Shown piece after piece: positions 36,985 to 49,956 of a stretch of DNA of 64,000 nucleotides. Made by a program: the position numbers and the translations under genes. The notes beneath the pieces are model-generated. The model searched no databases and was not told where the DNA came from. It saw only the letters and a program-made list of their open reading frames with translations. Position 1 is the stretch's first letter, and each line of letters starts with the position of its first letter. This DNA is from Glaucostegus cemiculus (Eukaryota): the NCBI GenBank assembly GCA_976551045.1, contig CDPCPM010000095.1, positions 19,468,001 to 19,532,000 on the forward strand. Direction: 5' to 3'.

Positions 36985-38046
36985 TTGCAATGGAGGCGCT
37001 CGGTGGGTCAGGCAGCATCTGTGGAGGCGGAGACATGGTCGACGTTTTGGGCCGAGCCTCTGCATCAGGACTGAGAGTGCGGAGAGGGGAGAGAGCCGGC
37101 GTAAAATGGTGAGAGGGAGGGGGTGAGGCAGGAGTTGGCAGGTGATAGGTGGAACCGGGTGAGGAGGTGGAGGATGGGCAGATGGAGCCAGGTGGGGGAA
37201 GGGGACAACGGTGGTGGTGAGTTGGGAGATCATGGATGGTGTGTGATTGTTCCCGGAAATGGTTCGTGTGGGTCTTGGGGGTATTAAGAATTCTGGACAC
37301 CGTTTGGTTTACTAACAAAGAGAACTTTATTATAAGCTACAGACGCAGAACGCAGGGCAGGATGGACGGGAACGGGGGTACATTCACTCACACACACGCG
37401 CACTTGGATACCCGCGAGACACGAGAGAGGGATCGCAACAGGGGTAAAATAAACACACACACACACGCTGATGCACACAGGTAATAAGTAACAGTATACT
37501 ACTTCAGACTATAACACTACAGTGCTGGGCCCACCCTAGCACTGGCTCTAACACTACCCAGAGTCTGAGTGGAACACTCCCTGACCATGTGGTGATGCAC
37601 TCTTACTGAAGGTTTCTGTAGTGTTACCTCACTACTCCCAGTTCGTAGAAAGAGAGAGAGCTGGGGGTCTCAGCCCTTTTTATGGTGCTGGAAGGCTGGG
37701 TGGAGCCTTACTGTTACCATTTGAAAGAGCCAATAGTGGAGAGGTCAAGGACAAAAGCCTCTGCCACAGCCAATGGTCAAGGGAGGTCAAAGACAAAAGA
37801 ACTGGTTAGACAGGTTTAGGGTCAAGGGATACTCTCCCACCTGAGGGGTGGGTGGAGCTGCACCTTGATTGACAGGAGGCTAACTTCCGATTAGAAGGAG
37901 CAATACTGTCTTCTGGTCAGCAGGGGTCGGGGGTCACTGCTGTCACGTGACAGTCATGTTGATTTCTCACAACAGTGATTGGTAGAGACTGAAGGAGAGA
38001 GAGAAACAAAGAAAAGGGGGGCAGATGGAGCCAGGTAGGTGGAGGG
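36985..38046 (-). mobile_element. PLE-derived repeat with hammerhead variant, split by a solo LTR
   Basis: Minus strand 'cagtcctgatgcagaggctcggcccaaaacgtcgacc' (37036-37073). The repeat body continues after 37975. Confidence 0.7.
37248..37974 (-). mobile_element. Solo LTR, family B (727 bp)
   Basis: TGTT...AACA termini; 5-bp TSD GTGAT (37243-37247, 37975-37979). Minus-strand AATAAA (37326-37331) and TATA-like 'cataaaaagg' (~37675-37684). Confidence 0.85.
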
Positions 38047-38180
38047 NNNNNNNNNNNNNNNNNNNNNNNNNNNNNNNNNNNNNNNNNNNNNNNNNNNNNN
38101 NNNNNNNNNNNNNNNNNNNNNNNNNNNNNNNNNNNNNNNNNNNNNNNNNNNNNNNNNNNNNNNNNNNNNNNNNNNNNNNN
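38047..38180. other. Assembly gap (134 N)
   Basis: Run of n. Confidence 1.
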
Positions 38181-39809
38181 AGTGGAGACACGAGGCTGCT
38201 GATGCAGAAAAATCATGTCGAGTTTATTGTCAGATGCACAAGTATATATACACACAGGTGCAATGAGACTTACTTGCAGCAGCATCACAGGCACAGAGCA
38301 CATACACTAATGTGATAAGTATGGAAGGTGATAAGTGGAACCAGATAAAGGAGGGATGACAGGCAGGTGGAACCAGTTGAGGGAGGGGATAGGGGACCTA
38401 GCAGTTCAGTGTGTGGGTGGTAGGCAGATGGAAAATTGCAGCTGGTTCACAAAGGTGTCATTAGTCTTGATGAGTCATGAGTAAAAGAGCCCTACTGGCT
38501 TTCTGTGACTGTCTGGCCACTTACAGAAGAGAACAGGTCAAAATATGACAATAAGCCGCCTCTAGTGACTCCACAAAGAGTAAATAACAGAAACAATTTT
38601 AACTAAACTGGATTCCTCTGGGTGGGAAAGTATAAAGTCAATCCATTGTATAAAAGAACAACACAAAATTACTGGAAGTGGGGCGATGAATATGGCATTA
38701 ATTTTTTTCTTTCCTTCAACTTTCCAGAGTAGAGCAGCCAGCTGTAAATCTTGCAGAGGGACAGGGGAGAACTATATCGGATGAAATAATAAATAAAGCG
38801 CAAATTAAAACAAAACCGCAGTGCAGTGGTAGGATCATAGGCTGACAGCAAATGTGTTGTGCGATGCCCATTAAATATAAAATAAGTACACAACAAATTG
38901 ACAATCTGCCCCGAGACTTATAAACACAATTTGACCATTAACTGTGGCAACTGGTTCAGGCAGTTTTACCAGCACTGGTGGTGTTGTTACAGTTGATTGA
39001 AGCCTGTGTGATGTAGTGCTAAAACAAGGTCTGTGCAAACAAACACCAAGAATAGAATCCATTTGGAAAGAAAATTAGATTTTCTGGCAGCACCTGAGAT
39101 AATCAGGCTGCACCAACAGGAGACAATATTCCAGTCCTACAACAGACTGTATATGCGTTCCCTGGGAATTGTCTATTTATCCATGCTGGTTTATGTGCTC
39201 TACACAAGGTTCAACTCATATCTCTTGACTTGTATAGCCTTCCGTTCCTTTCTCCTTCATTTGGTTATGCAGCTTCTCTTTAAATATATCACTGCTCTTC
39301 ATCTTCTTGTGGAAGTGAATATGACACTCTTTCCCCATTCATGAACCCCTTCTCAGATTTATCAGTGGATAATTACGTTTATGGATCGTAGTTTTAGATT
39401 TATCCCAACTAGTGGAAAGATATTTTCTACACTGTTCGCACTGAGTCCTTTCATAGTTGTACAATCACCAACTAGGTCATGTTTCAGCTTTCTCTTTACT
39501 CGAGGAAATTTTTCATTCTGTTGAACCTTTCCTGATTGGAATAACCTCAATTTGCTTTCTCATCCCTTTGAAAGGAACATATCGTTTTTGTAACAAATGT
39601 GGCTGATGAAATATCGGGTGAGTTCCTAGAATCTGGTCTTCTTAAAATTCAGAAGATAGTTTGCTGTGACCATGTAAGTATTCCCCTCCAGATGGAACAA
39701 ATCTGAAGTGACCTTGGAGCAGTTGGTCATGGGTTGGATGGGAATGAAGCCTTTTCTTTGGTTGGTTCCTTTCTAGATATCTGCAGGTCTGGGAATTTCC
39801 ACACACAAT

Positions 39810-40199
39810 TGTCATGATTCTGAGTACTGACCCTTGATTTGGCTCCTTAGGTGCCTCGTTGTACAGCACATGGATTCCATGCTGGACTGATTGCATAATA
39901 ATGCACACCTGAGCCCCATCAGGGGTTTCTGTAGCACTAGTTGTCAGAGTATTGGTCAACCTTCAGGTATACTTTGGTTCCTAACTGCTTAGAATGGCCC
40001 ACTCCAGAGCTGTCCTGTGTTCTCTATTCTTGCTTGAAGATTCAGTTTGTGTTGGGATTACTACTCAGATCTCCGAGGCAAGATTTCCTTCCAGATGCTG
40101 CCTGTGTTTGGTCCTGAGGAAGTATCCTGATTCCAGTCTTGTACCAGTGTGCTGCATTTGTGTTCTCTGTGAACTTGCTCTTCAATCAACATTGTGACA
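39810..40199. mobile_element. Solo LTR, family A (390 bp)
   Basis: TGTCA...TGACA termini; 5-bp TSD ACAAT (39805-39809, 40200-40204). Near-identical to 22902-23310 apart from a ~19-bp indel and scattered substitutions. Confidence 0.9.
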
Positions 40200-41139
40200 A
40201 CAATCCCTGATAGCTCTGTACTTCACTGGCAAGTGAATGTCTTCTCTTGCTCTGTGAGGTAGCCATTCTCTCCAGTATAGGTGAGGCACCTCCCTTGTCT
40301 AAGTTGTCCAAATAAATGCCAGTGGTGGGTGATGGCCAACAAGCCATTCTGATTCCATGCTATAATATATTTCAACATTAATTTCAAAACCTGTGCTCAC
40401 AGAGAACATCAACTGGGCAATGCTACCATGGCTTTTACTATTAAACTGAGATTAAACCAATGTGTTGTGGCAAGACCAAAACAAATCTGCTTTTGGAACA
40501 TTTTTGTTTAATGTTTGTTCACAGCATATATTCTTAGTATTTATCCATATCTATAAAAAAGCAAAGGTAAGCCACAAGTAGTGGTAAAACTGGAGCTAAT
40601 ACTGATTTTTGGATGATCAGGCACAATGGGTGGAATTGATCCTACTGCCTCTCTATTGCTGGGATTCGTATTGTCCAATTTACACTGCCATTCAAAGTCA
40701 AGGCAACCCCAGGAGAGTCTATCGGCATGGAAAAAGGAAAAGTTGGGTTAGTTTTTCTGGTCTAGAGCCTTTGACTGATGAATTCTCTCTGAGGGATTTC
40801 ATTCTTCTTTAGCCCGTTTTGAGAGCTTTTTGTTTGCATGTCCAGTGACATTTCAACCTCGTTACCTTAAGTTCAGCTTTACAGCCCTTAAGCTGGATCA
40901 AAACTTCACATCATTATGGATTTGAGAACTTTTCAGTACTTTGTGTTGTGTTTTGTAGAGACAAAATATATTTTGACACGGAATTGCTATATTGGGAATG
41001 AGTCCTTGGTGTTACAATTTGTTGAGTGGCCCTATTGCTACTATATTGAATGTTCAGATATTGGTCAATTGGTATCATAAATTGAAAAGATATGAGAACT
41101 ATTCAGTGATTCTGAGTAAAGATCTCCATCAGTGTATTA

Positions 41140-41465
41140 AGTGACAGTCAGAGCCTTTTTCCAAGGATGAAATGTCAAATGCTAGAAGACATGCATTTAA
41201 GGTGAGAGGGGGAATGTTTAAAGGAGATGTGCGAGGCAAGATTTTTACACAGAATGCTGGATGCCTGAAATGGGCTGTCAAGGGTAGTGGTGGAAGCAGA
41301 TACGACAGTGATATTTAAGAGCCTTTTAGATAGGCACGTGGATATGCAGGGAATGGAGGGATATGGATCATGTGCAGGCAGGAGAGATTTAGTTTAACTT
41401 GGGATTGTGTTGGGCACAGACATCGTGGGCCGAAGGGCCTGTTCCTATGCTCTACTGTTCTATGT
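41140..41465 (+). mobile_element. CR1 3' fragment
   Basis: 'catgcatttaaggtgagagggg...tttttacacaga' and tail 'gggccgaagggcctgttcctatgc'. Confidence 0.85.
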
Positions 41466-41829
41466 TTTAACTGCCAGCAGACCTGATACATAGTTCCACT
41501 ATTTCATCTCTTTAATTTGGTTTTGCATAATTCAGGGTTTTTTTAAAATAACTGCAGTAAGATTTAAGCAAACTAAATTGATTCATTTATAACAACATTT
41601 TAGTGAGATAAATATTCATTCATTGAAATAAATTTGTATTATTGAAAGGAATATGAAGATGGTTTAATTTACTGACATAATGCATTGAATCAACTCCAGG
41701 CAATATGAATACTGGATAGATCATAAATTGCAGTAGGAATTTGAATAAAATTATCAATAAATCAAATGAATTCCAAGCACATCAAGTCATTATCTACCCA
41801 GAAAATAAAACAAACAAATAAATATGTAA

Positions 41830-42060
41830 CACTGCAGATGTTGGAAATGGCAAATAAAAACAGAAAATGCAGGAAACACACAGCGTGTCAGGCAGGATCC
41901 GTGGCAAGAGAAATAGAATTAAAATTTCAGGTCAAAGACCCTTCATCAGATGTGTGAAAGAGAGAAGATAAGTTAGTTTTCAGTTACAGAGAGGGTGGGG
42001 AAGGGATGGGGCAGGACTAAGGAAATATTTCTGATAAGGTGAAGCCAGAGAAGTGGAGAG
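41830..42060 (-). mobile_element. PLE-derived repeat with hammerhead core
   Basis: Minus strand 'ctgatgaagggtctttgacctgaaa' (~41924-41949). Confidence 0.65.
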
Positions 42061-44654
42061 GAGATGTAAACAAGACATCCTCTCGATGAGTAGACAAAGA
42101 AACATAAAAGTTTTTGAAATGAGGGCAATCCGAGACAGAGTGTAATTTGGAAATCCAGTTAATGGAAGAGTATAATAATAAAGAATAATCTAGAAAGAGT
42201 CACTTAAAAGAATTAGATGTTAAATAGTTTCTCTCGGAAATAGTGAGGATGAAATTGACCTGGAGTGGTCACACAACTTGGGCAACTGCTACTTGGCATC
42301 TCACCTTGAAGGGTTGAAAGGACCCTTTACAATTAACGTTGATTGGAAGTTGAGCAACATGTAAAATGGACTGCCTTTTCACCATCATCTGCTTTCTGTT
42401 ACTTTCCAAGAATGATTTCACCCACGTTACAAATGCTAGTCTTGACCAAAAATAGATGAATTCACAAAATGGATTGAGTGACCATCCAACCTGCAACCTC
42501 CATATCCTAGCAACCTGTGGGACTAGTGTGTGATGAGTTAAAACAACACAGGGATGAGCAGTCAGGTTTCTCTTTGTCTTGGATTTTACTCAGTGGGGTC
42601 CACTGCCCACGCTTTCTGCTTGGATTTCCTACTGCCCTGCTTCAGATCTGGAAGGTAACCCAATGAACCTGATTGGCCAGGGTCTCATATTGACATAATT
42701 CTGTCATGTGTAATGACCAGAATGAGCCCCTCCCACAAAATGGCTGAGGAAATCTCTAGCACATGACAAACTCCCATCTCCAGCTTTGCCATGTGTTAAA
42801 GCTCTCATGGTTTTTATAGGCTTCTAAAATCCCTGGCATTCAGAAGTATTCAAAAGTTATTAAGAATGAAGTAACAATTAGAAAATATTAAAACTGATCA
42901 AACCATTTAAAACATGAAAACACTAAAAAGAACTCTTGGAAATTAGAACAGCCAAAAAAAATATTAACTAAAATAAACAGTAACCTACTATTTAAGATCA
43001 GACAGTTTGTTCTGGAGTGATGCTGTGGCGAATTTTGCCTGCATGTCATGCCTAGCCAAAGATGTAGGGGTTATTGTATGATGAAAACAGGTCAAACATT
43101 TTTGACCTTCTCACCAATTCACTGAGCTCCATTGATTTCTGTGCTGAACTTTCTTAAAGATCACTGCCTGTGGGAGAGACTGGAGTCACGAACAACCACC
43201 TTAGAACAAGTGGAATTTTCATGGCTGCAATCTGTTTCATAGTGAGCTAACAGAAAGTGTGTGCAAATGGAATCAGTGTAGATAGGTACAGACTACATGC
43301 TAGTAATTGGGATAAGTATAGATGGGTACTTGATGGTTGGCATAGACATGGTCACCGTTTCAGATCTGGGTCTTCCTATAATGGTCAGCACCATCACCAT
43401 TGTGGCTTGAGCATGCAGATCTGCCCCCAGTTAGCTCCTGCTGCCTCTGGTTGTGTGCCACCTTCACCTGAAAGAGAACAGGACGTGTGTCAAGGAAGCT
43501 GTTGTGGAGCTTGAGTGATGTTGGTGACACAGTTGAACAGCTGGCAGTGTGTGGAAGCCGTGAGATGCATCTCAAGGCTTTCCACAGCGGCATGTGTGTG
43601 AGGGGAAGGTGAAAAACATGAATGTTGGGAATGTACCCTGATTGATAGGGATTGTTGATGGATGAGTGGTGAAGGATGGTGCTCTGGGTCCAGTTATTGG
43701 ATTACAGCCTCCACTAACCTTGGTCATGCACACGAGGCCATTAAATATTGCATCCTTGAGCTGTACTCCTGCCATTGACTTCATGCATTGCTATTAGATG
43801 GACTTACATTTGACTTACACTAACTGACTGGGAACCACGATGGTCTCCAATGGATAAGAGTCATCAACCTTTCTCCTTTCCAACCTCCTCCACCAAGACC
43901 CCCCAGTTACACTGCAGGAAATCCTTGGCTCACACTCAGTCCCAGGAATGAGCCAAATGTTACTGACTTGGGGTGGCTACTGTGAGTTCCCACCCATGGC
44001 CTCTCAATGCCCGCATTCCAGATGTGCGGTGCCTGTAATGCCAGGCTAAAACATCTGTTAAGTGCATCATTGTGATTTGTCATGCACCATTTTCTGAGCA
44101 GAGGGTGTGTTTCTAAAAGTGCACGGAAGAAATCCTGCCCCTAATTTCTTTAAAAACATGAAGATAAAACACATCAAGATATTAATAATTGAAATTATTA
44201 AAAGGAACTTATCTTCCACTGCCTTTGATGCACACAGCCCTATGCTCTCCATTAAAATTAGGACCCATTGTACATCTTCCTATTAGCAAGTAGAGGCAGC
44301 TCTAAGCAGTACTGAATAGATTTAATTGGTGCTAGCAAGTAATAATGTTAACCCCTAGGCTGAATTGCACAACATTATGACCACCAGCTGCATGAGGGAA
44401 CAATTTTAAATTTACCAAGCAGTTTTTATCACTTTGAATGGACACAGGTTGATTGCATAGTGTAATTCCTAAGTCAATGTTCACGGGCTATTGAATTTCA
44501 CATGGTCAGGCAACCCATCCTCTCCAAGCCTATCTGAACGAGGATGTTCATTAACTTCTCTGCACTGGTATAGCAAGTTGAAAGTGGAGTTGTTGGGTAA
44601 GAGCAGGACCAAATTCAACCACAGTACCCTGGGAGCTAAAATGATCAACTTTAT

Positions 44655-44965
44655 GGGCAGCACAATGGTGCAGCGGGTAGTGCTGCTTCCTCAAAGCTCC
44701 AGAAAGCCAGGTTCGATCCAGATCTCCACTTGTCTGTGTGGAGTTTACATGTTCTTCCTGTGATCGTGTGGCTTTCCAGCCACATCTCAACAAAGTTCTG
44801 GTTGGTAGGTTTATTGGGCCACTATAAATTATCCACCATGTGTCAGTGAATGGTAGAATCTGGGAGGAGTTGATGGGAACATGCGAAGAATAAGTGGGAT
44901 TAGAGTAAATGGGTGGTTAATAGTGGAAGCGGACTGTGGGTTGAAGGGCTTGGGACTGTGGTGTT
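44655..44965 (+). mobile_element. V-SINE (HE1-like)
   Basis: A box 'tggtgcagcgggtag', B box 'ggttcgatcc', V-domain fragment. Confidence 0.75.
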
Positions 44966-45049
44966 TGCTTCTCCAACTAAGTGAACTTCAACCAAGATAT
45001 GTTATGTTCAGCCAATCTCTTACATGGAAGAAACATCAGAATTAAAGAA

Positions 45050-45290
45050 AGGCTGCTGCCGCTGGGAATGTGACCATAAACAGACGTGATTGGAAGGGGT
45101 TCACCCAGATCTAGAGGGAGAGAAACAGTCAATGTTTCCAATCAATGATCTGTCATCAGAAGTGGAGAAAGTTAGAGACAAAACAAGTTTTAAGAAGCAG
45201 AGAAAGAGGAGAAGGAAGCGGAGAGCAAAAGGGCAGGTCGATGACAGGATGGAAGGCAGGAGAGATTAACAAAGAGTGAAGTGGAAGGAT
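45050..45290 (-). mobile_element. Diverged PLE-derived repeat with hammerhead core
   Basis: Minus strand 'ctgatgacagatcattgattggaaacattgactg' (~45126-45159). Confidence 0.55.
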
Positions 45291-45555
45291 GGTTTTGTCT
45301 GACCAGTCATGAGCGAGGGTTAAAAATAATTAATTTGCCAATATAATATTCTACTTCACCTTTATCTTGTTCATATTACGTATGTCCCTATACGTATTTT
45401 TATTTAAGACTATACATTGTGTAACCTTGTGTGAAATTTATGTGGCTGAATACAGCTGAATTCAACTTGCTGCCCAAGGTCCCACGCACTCATACTTACC
45501 TGGTCTGGAAGCTGGGGCCTGGATGAGCTAACTGCATTCCCCCCACCCCCACTCA

Positions 45556-46150
45556 AAGTCTCAAAGTCAAAGTCGAGTTTATTGTCATCTGCACAAGTCC
45601 ATGTATGTGCAGGTGCAATGAAAATCTTACTTGCAGCAGCATCACAGGCACATAGTATCAGATACACAACATTTATAAGAAAAACATAAATTAAACATAC
45701 ATTTTACAATAAAGAACAGAATTAGTATATAAAAACAAAGTTGATTGTAGTGCAAAGTGGTCATAGTGTTGTGATACTGAGGTAGTGATTAGGGTTGTGC
45801 TGGTTGGTTCAAGAACCGAATGGTTGAAGGGAAGTAGCTGTTCTTGAACCTAGTGGTGTGGAACTTCAGGCTTCTGTACCTTCTGCCCAATGGTAGTTTC
45901 AAGAAGATGGCATGGCCTGGATGGTGGGGATCTTTGATAATAGATGTTACATTCTTGAGGCAGACTCTCATGTAGATACTACTAATGGTGGGGAGGGATG
46001 TGCCCATGATGTATTGGGCTGAGTTCACTTCTCTGTGCAGCTTCTTACATTCCTGTGCATTCGATTTGCTGTACCAGACCATGATGCAACCAATCAGGAT
46101 ACTTCCAACAGTACATCCGTAGCAGTCCGTTAACGTGTTCAGTGACATGC
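45556..46150 (-). mobile_element. Rex1/Babar-type LINE 3' fragment
   Basis: ORF 45789-46193: SIIKDPHHPGHAIF...GRRYRSLKFHTTRFKNSYFPSTIRFLN. Confidence 0.85.
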
Positions 46151-47439
46151 CTCCTCCCACTGTGCCGATGAATCCTCCCACAAGGAACAGCAAGGCTTCA
46201 GTGGTGGCTTACCCTCAGCTGGCATTCTGCTCTGAGAACTTCCTCAATGAGACGGGGGCAGAACCTTTCCTCCTTCCAAAGTTGGGAGGCATTTTTAATA
46301 TTTCTTAAGGGTCCCTGATATGGAGGGATATTTAAAAATCATTAATATTGATGAAACTAATTAAAATGATTAAAACATATAAAAACTAAGATAAGCACAT
46401 TAGTACATTAAGAAATAGGATAAAATAAAATAAAAACACTTATCCTTTCTATCCTAATTTCTTGGCTGAGAATCCCCATTGAGGTGCATGGAAAACTGAT
46501 CCTAGAAGAGGTCTTGTTGCATAGGATTTACTGATCGAGATCTTTGTCCTTCCTTTGGGGAACATTGGCATGTTTGGGCTCTGCTGTTGGACTTCAGTGA
46601 CAGAGTGGGGTGATTATAGTGGGTCTGTGTAAATCTGTACTCATGCAAGCAGCTTACTACCGGTAAATCCCTTCAGAACTACCAGCCACTGCTTGCCTAC
46701 TTGGGCCCACTGTCATACGCTGCCAAGATGGGACACAACGGAGCAGAAGATCCTCCAACAAAACCCACAACCTATCACATCACAGGAGTGACAGGTTTTT
46801 ATGGTCATAATAACATATTCCGAAATAAAGTTAAGAAAAATTAGTGCAGCACTAATTGGTTTCATGTTTTTGCAATATTGGATCCAGTGTAATGAAAAAT
46901 TCCCTGTTTACTGCTTAACATTTTGTATCATTTTGAGATTCATTAAAGATTACAGTGGTTGCTGATGATTCATTAATCCAGCTTCATGCCTCACAAGGAG
47001 ACACAAATGGACTCATAATGAATTTGAAATTTAGCCAGCCCAATCACTAGGGGTCATATGTATAGCTGAGAGAAGAATATTTTAGAATATGTCATCTTGA
47101 TGCAAAATGGAATACTCATGAAATCCTGCAGTTTAAAACTGAGTCTTTCTTTCCAAATTGATACAGTTGAGCCTACGAATCTGAACCTTTGTGATATCCA
47201 TTTCCAATGGATCTGTTCAAATTATCACGGTTCAAGAAGCTTCTTCAGACGTTCTCCGGCATCAAGAATCAGTTCTAAATACACAGAGTATAAAAAAATG
47301 TTGGATTTTGACTGCTGCTAATGCTGAATCATATTAAGGGACTGCTGTTGATGATAGGCATGTGGTAATTCCACCTCTAATTTAGTTTTTATATTTTAAT
47401 TAGTTACATCTAATTGCCATTAACAGCCTTCTATCGATG

Positions 47440-47820
47440 TCCAAGGTTAGCCTTCAGGTACAGGAAGTAATTAGGAGGGCTAATAATTTATATTATTGTA
47501 AGCTTTGTTGCAACTGTAAAGGGCTCTGGTGAGAGCATACTTGGAGGACTGATCGTCCAATTTAAGGAAGAACATATTTGACTTGGTTCACTGGATTGAT
47601 TTCTGGAAGGAATGGGTTGTCTTATGAAGAAGAATTGAGTAGATTAGGGCCTATAATCAACAGAGTTTAGACGAATGAGAGATAATCTCATTGAAACAAA
47701 TACAACTCTGATGGGGCTTGACAGAATATAAAGAGAAGATATTTCCCATGTGGGAAATCTAGAACTAGGGATCAAGATAAAGGGGCAGCAATTTAAGACT
47801 GATATGAGGAGGAGGTTCCT
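47440..47820 (+). mobile_element. Degraded CR1 3' fragment
   Basis: 'gagtttagacgaatgagagataatctcattgaaac...tctagaactaggg'. Confidence 0.6.
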
Positions 47821-49396
47821 CCTGTGTTATATTTAGAGGAAGTCAGTGCATCAGATGACTGTGTAATAATTTCTAAGAAACAGCCAGTACTTCAGAACAT
47901 GGTTAAGGCAAACCTCCATCTTTCTTTCTGGAAGGATTAAAGGTGATCTGTTTGTTCTGATGCTTCATCCAAGTGCCCATCTCCACCGCCTCGAACGCAG
48001 CCATGCACTGGAAGCACAACAAGCCTATCCTCATATTTCTCCTACCATTACACGTGTAGGCTTTCCATTCCAGGAGCATGTGTTGAAGCAGTAGTTCCAC
48101 TTAAGGTCTGGTGCTTTAAGAGATTCCTCTGTACCCTTGTGCATGACTCTTACGTGTTAAGTGCTTAAGTTAATCACTTCTCCATCGCCCTACAAGAAAT
48201 TATCAGGTGCCACTTTGACACTTCTATGTGCTACACAGTTCCTGGTTCTGGAAGTTCGATGCACAAGATGTAACTGATATTGTAGGAGTCATCTTAATAG
48301 ATTGTGCAAAAGTGGGTGCAAACATCTGAGTTATGGGTATGTTGCAACTCTCCTGCCTTCATGTCCATGGGCAGCAAGTGATACTGTTTGCCAGTTCCAG
48401 TTATGCTGAAGCAGTGGATTTTTTGCATCTGCACGTTTCATGCCAACTTTGAATAGTTTACATCAACTTAAGTCCCAAATGATCAAAACATGCAAATTCT
48501 CAGTTTAACTGGAGCTGGAGTGAGCCAATTAAATTATCCAATCTGTGCCACATTGAGGTTTTTCCTTTTTTCTCTGACTTCTCTTTAATTTTGGTTCATT
48601 TCTGACTCCCATTTGTCTTAATGAAAAAAAACACTAAATTAGCACAACTGAATGCTCCCGATTAGTCTCTAGACTGCACTGATAGCAGTGAAAGCACCTG
48701 AACGTAAATTTGCCAACAATGTCACAATTGTGACATAAGTAAATGTATCATCTGATCTGAAGGTTACAACATATATTGCATAATCTTCTGCTATTATCTC
48801 TCGTAGAGGAATTATAGGAATGACTTTGGAGACAAATTGAGGCTAGTAACATTTGTATAATAATTTAACATCCCAAAATTCTCATTTGATATATAAAGTT
48901 AATAAGAGGTTATTTACCAGATTCTAAATATATGAGCACCATCTCCTGTCTTCTTGTTACTGCAAGGCCAAGCCGTTTTCTTGTAGGTAAAATAATCATC
49001 AAAATAAGTTGATCAGTGAAAATTATAATTTGTGTGATTTTATATATACTGGATTTTAAGTAGAAAATAATTGCTGCATGAAAGTTCTGGTGACTGATTC
49101 CACAATTCTCGCTCTCATTGGGATACAAGATATTCTCAGTCACTAAATGAGAAACACATTGCAATGAGATTAGGTAGCAAAAGAAATGGTTTATCACACA
49201 GGGAAAGAGCACTTTCTGAATACCAAGGCATTGGCTGTGTGCTCTGATTTAAGTCAACATTCCACTCTGGTACAGGCACTCCCACGTGATGCAAGAGTTC
49301 TATTCCTGGGAACTGTCCATAAGCCGATTTTTCTGTAAGCATGAACTTCTGTTTTCTCTAGTCACCCATATCGTATCACTACATTTGTTATAATTC

Positions 49397-49956
49397 GCAA
49401 AAGTGCTGGAGGAAGTCAGCAAGTCAGGCAGCATCTGTGGAGAGAAATAAACAGTCGACGATTTGGGCCAAGACCCTTCATTATAACTGGAAAGGAAGAA
49501 GTAATAAGCTGAGAGGTGATAGGTAGAAAAGGCGAAGGGTTGAAGAAGAGGGCAGCAGACCATGGAATAGAGGATGGAGGAAGAGATCGGCAGGTCAATC
49601 AAAGTGGGGGTAGGGAGCCACGGGAATGAGGGAAGACAAAGGAGTTGGGGGGGGTAATGGAAGAAAAGGAAGGGTTAGGGTTACTGGAAGTTAGAGAAAT
49701 CAGGGTTGAGGCTGTCAGGCTGGAGACTCCCAAGGCGGAATATGAGGTGTTGTTCCTCCAACCTGCACCTGGCCTCAATGTGGCAGTAGAGGAGGCCGTG
49801 GATAGACATGTCAGTGTGGGAGTAGGATGTGGAATTGAAGTGGGTGGCCACCGGGAAGTCCTGACCGTTGCGGCGGACGGAGCGAAGGTGCTCGACAAAG
49901 CGGTCACCCAATCTGTGTTGGGATTCCAGCATCTGTAGAATTCCTTGTGTCTCTGT
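49397..49956 (-). mobile_element. 5'-truncated Penelope-like element (GIY-YIG C-terminus + pseudo-LTR) with 15-bp TSD
   Basis: RLGDRFVEHLRSV...PVATHFN...LEEQHLIFRLGSLQPDSLN (ORF 49681-49959). TSD catttgttataattc (49382-49396) / cacttgttataattc (49957-49971). Confidence 0.9.

Noticed and set aside
38728-38828. Plus-strand acceptor and open frame (VEQPAVNLAEG...)
   Set aside because: Weak donor and no homology recognised; the block looks more like a non-coding element.
22902-40199. A single 17-kb LTR retrotransposon or provirus
   Set aside because: Each LTR has its own distinct TSD and no gag/pol lies between them.
45494-45503. Perfect minus-strand donor CAG|GTAAGTA
   Set aside because: No convincing acceptor upstream before the Rex1 insertion; isolated motif.
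47225-47274. Possible minus-strand terminal exon (LILDAGERLKKLLEP*)
   Set aside because: Protein not recognised and there is no supporting upstream exon.
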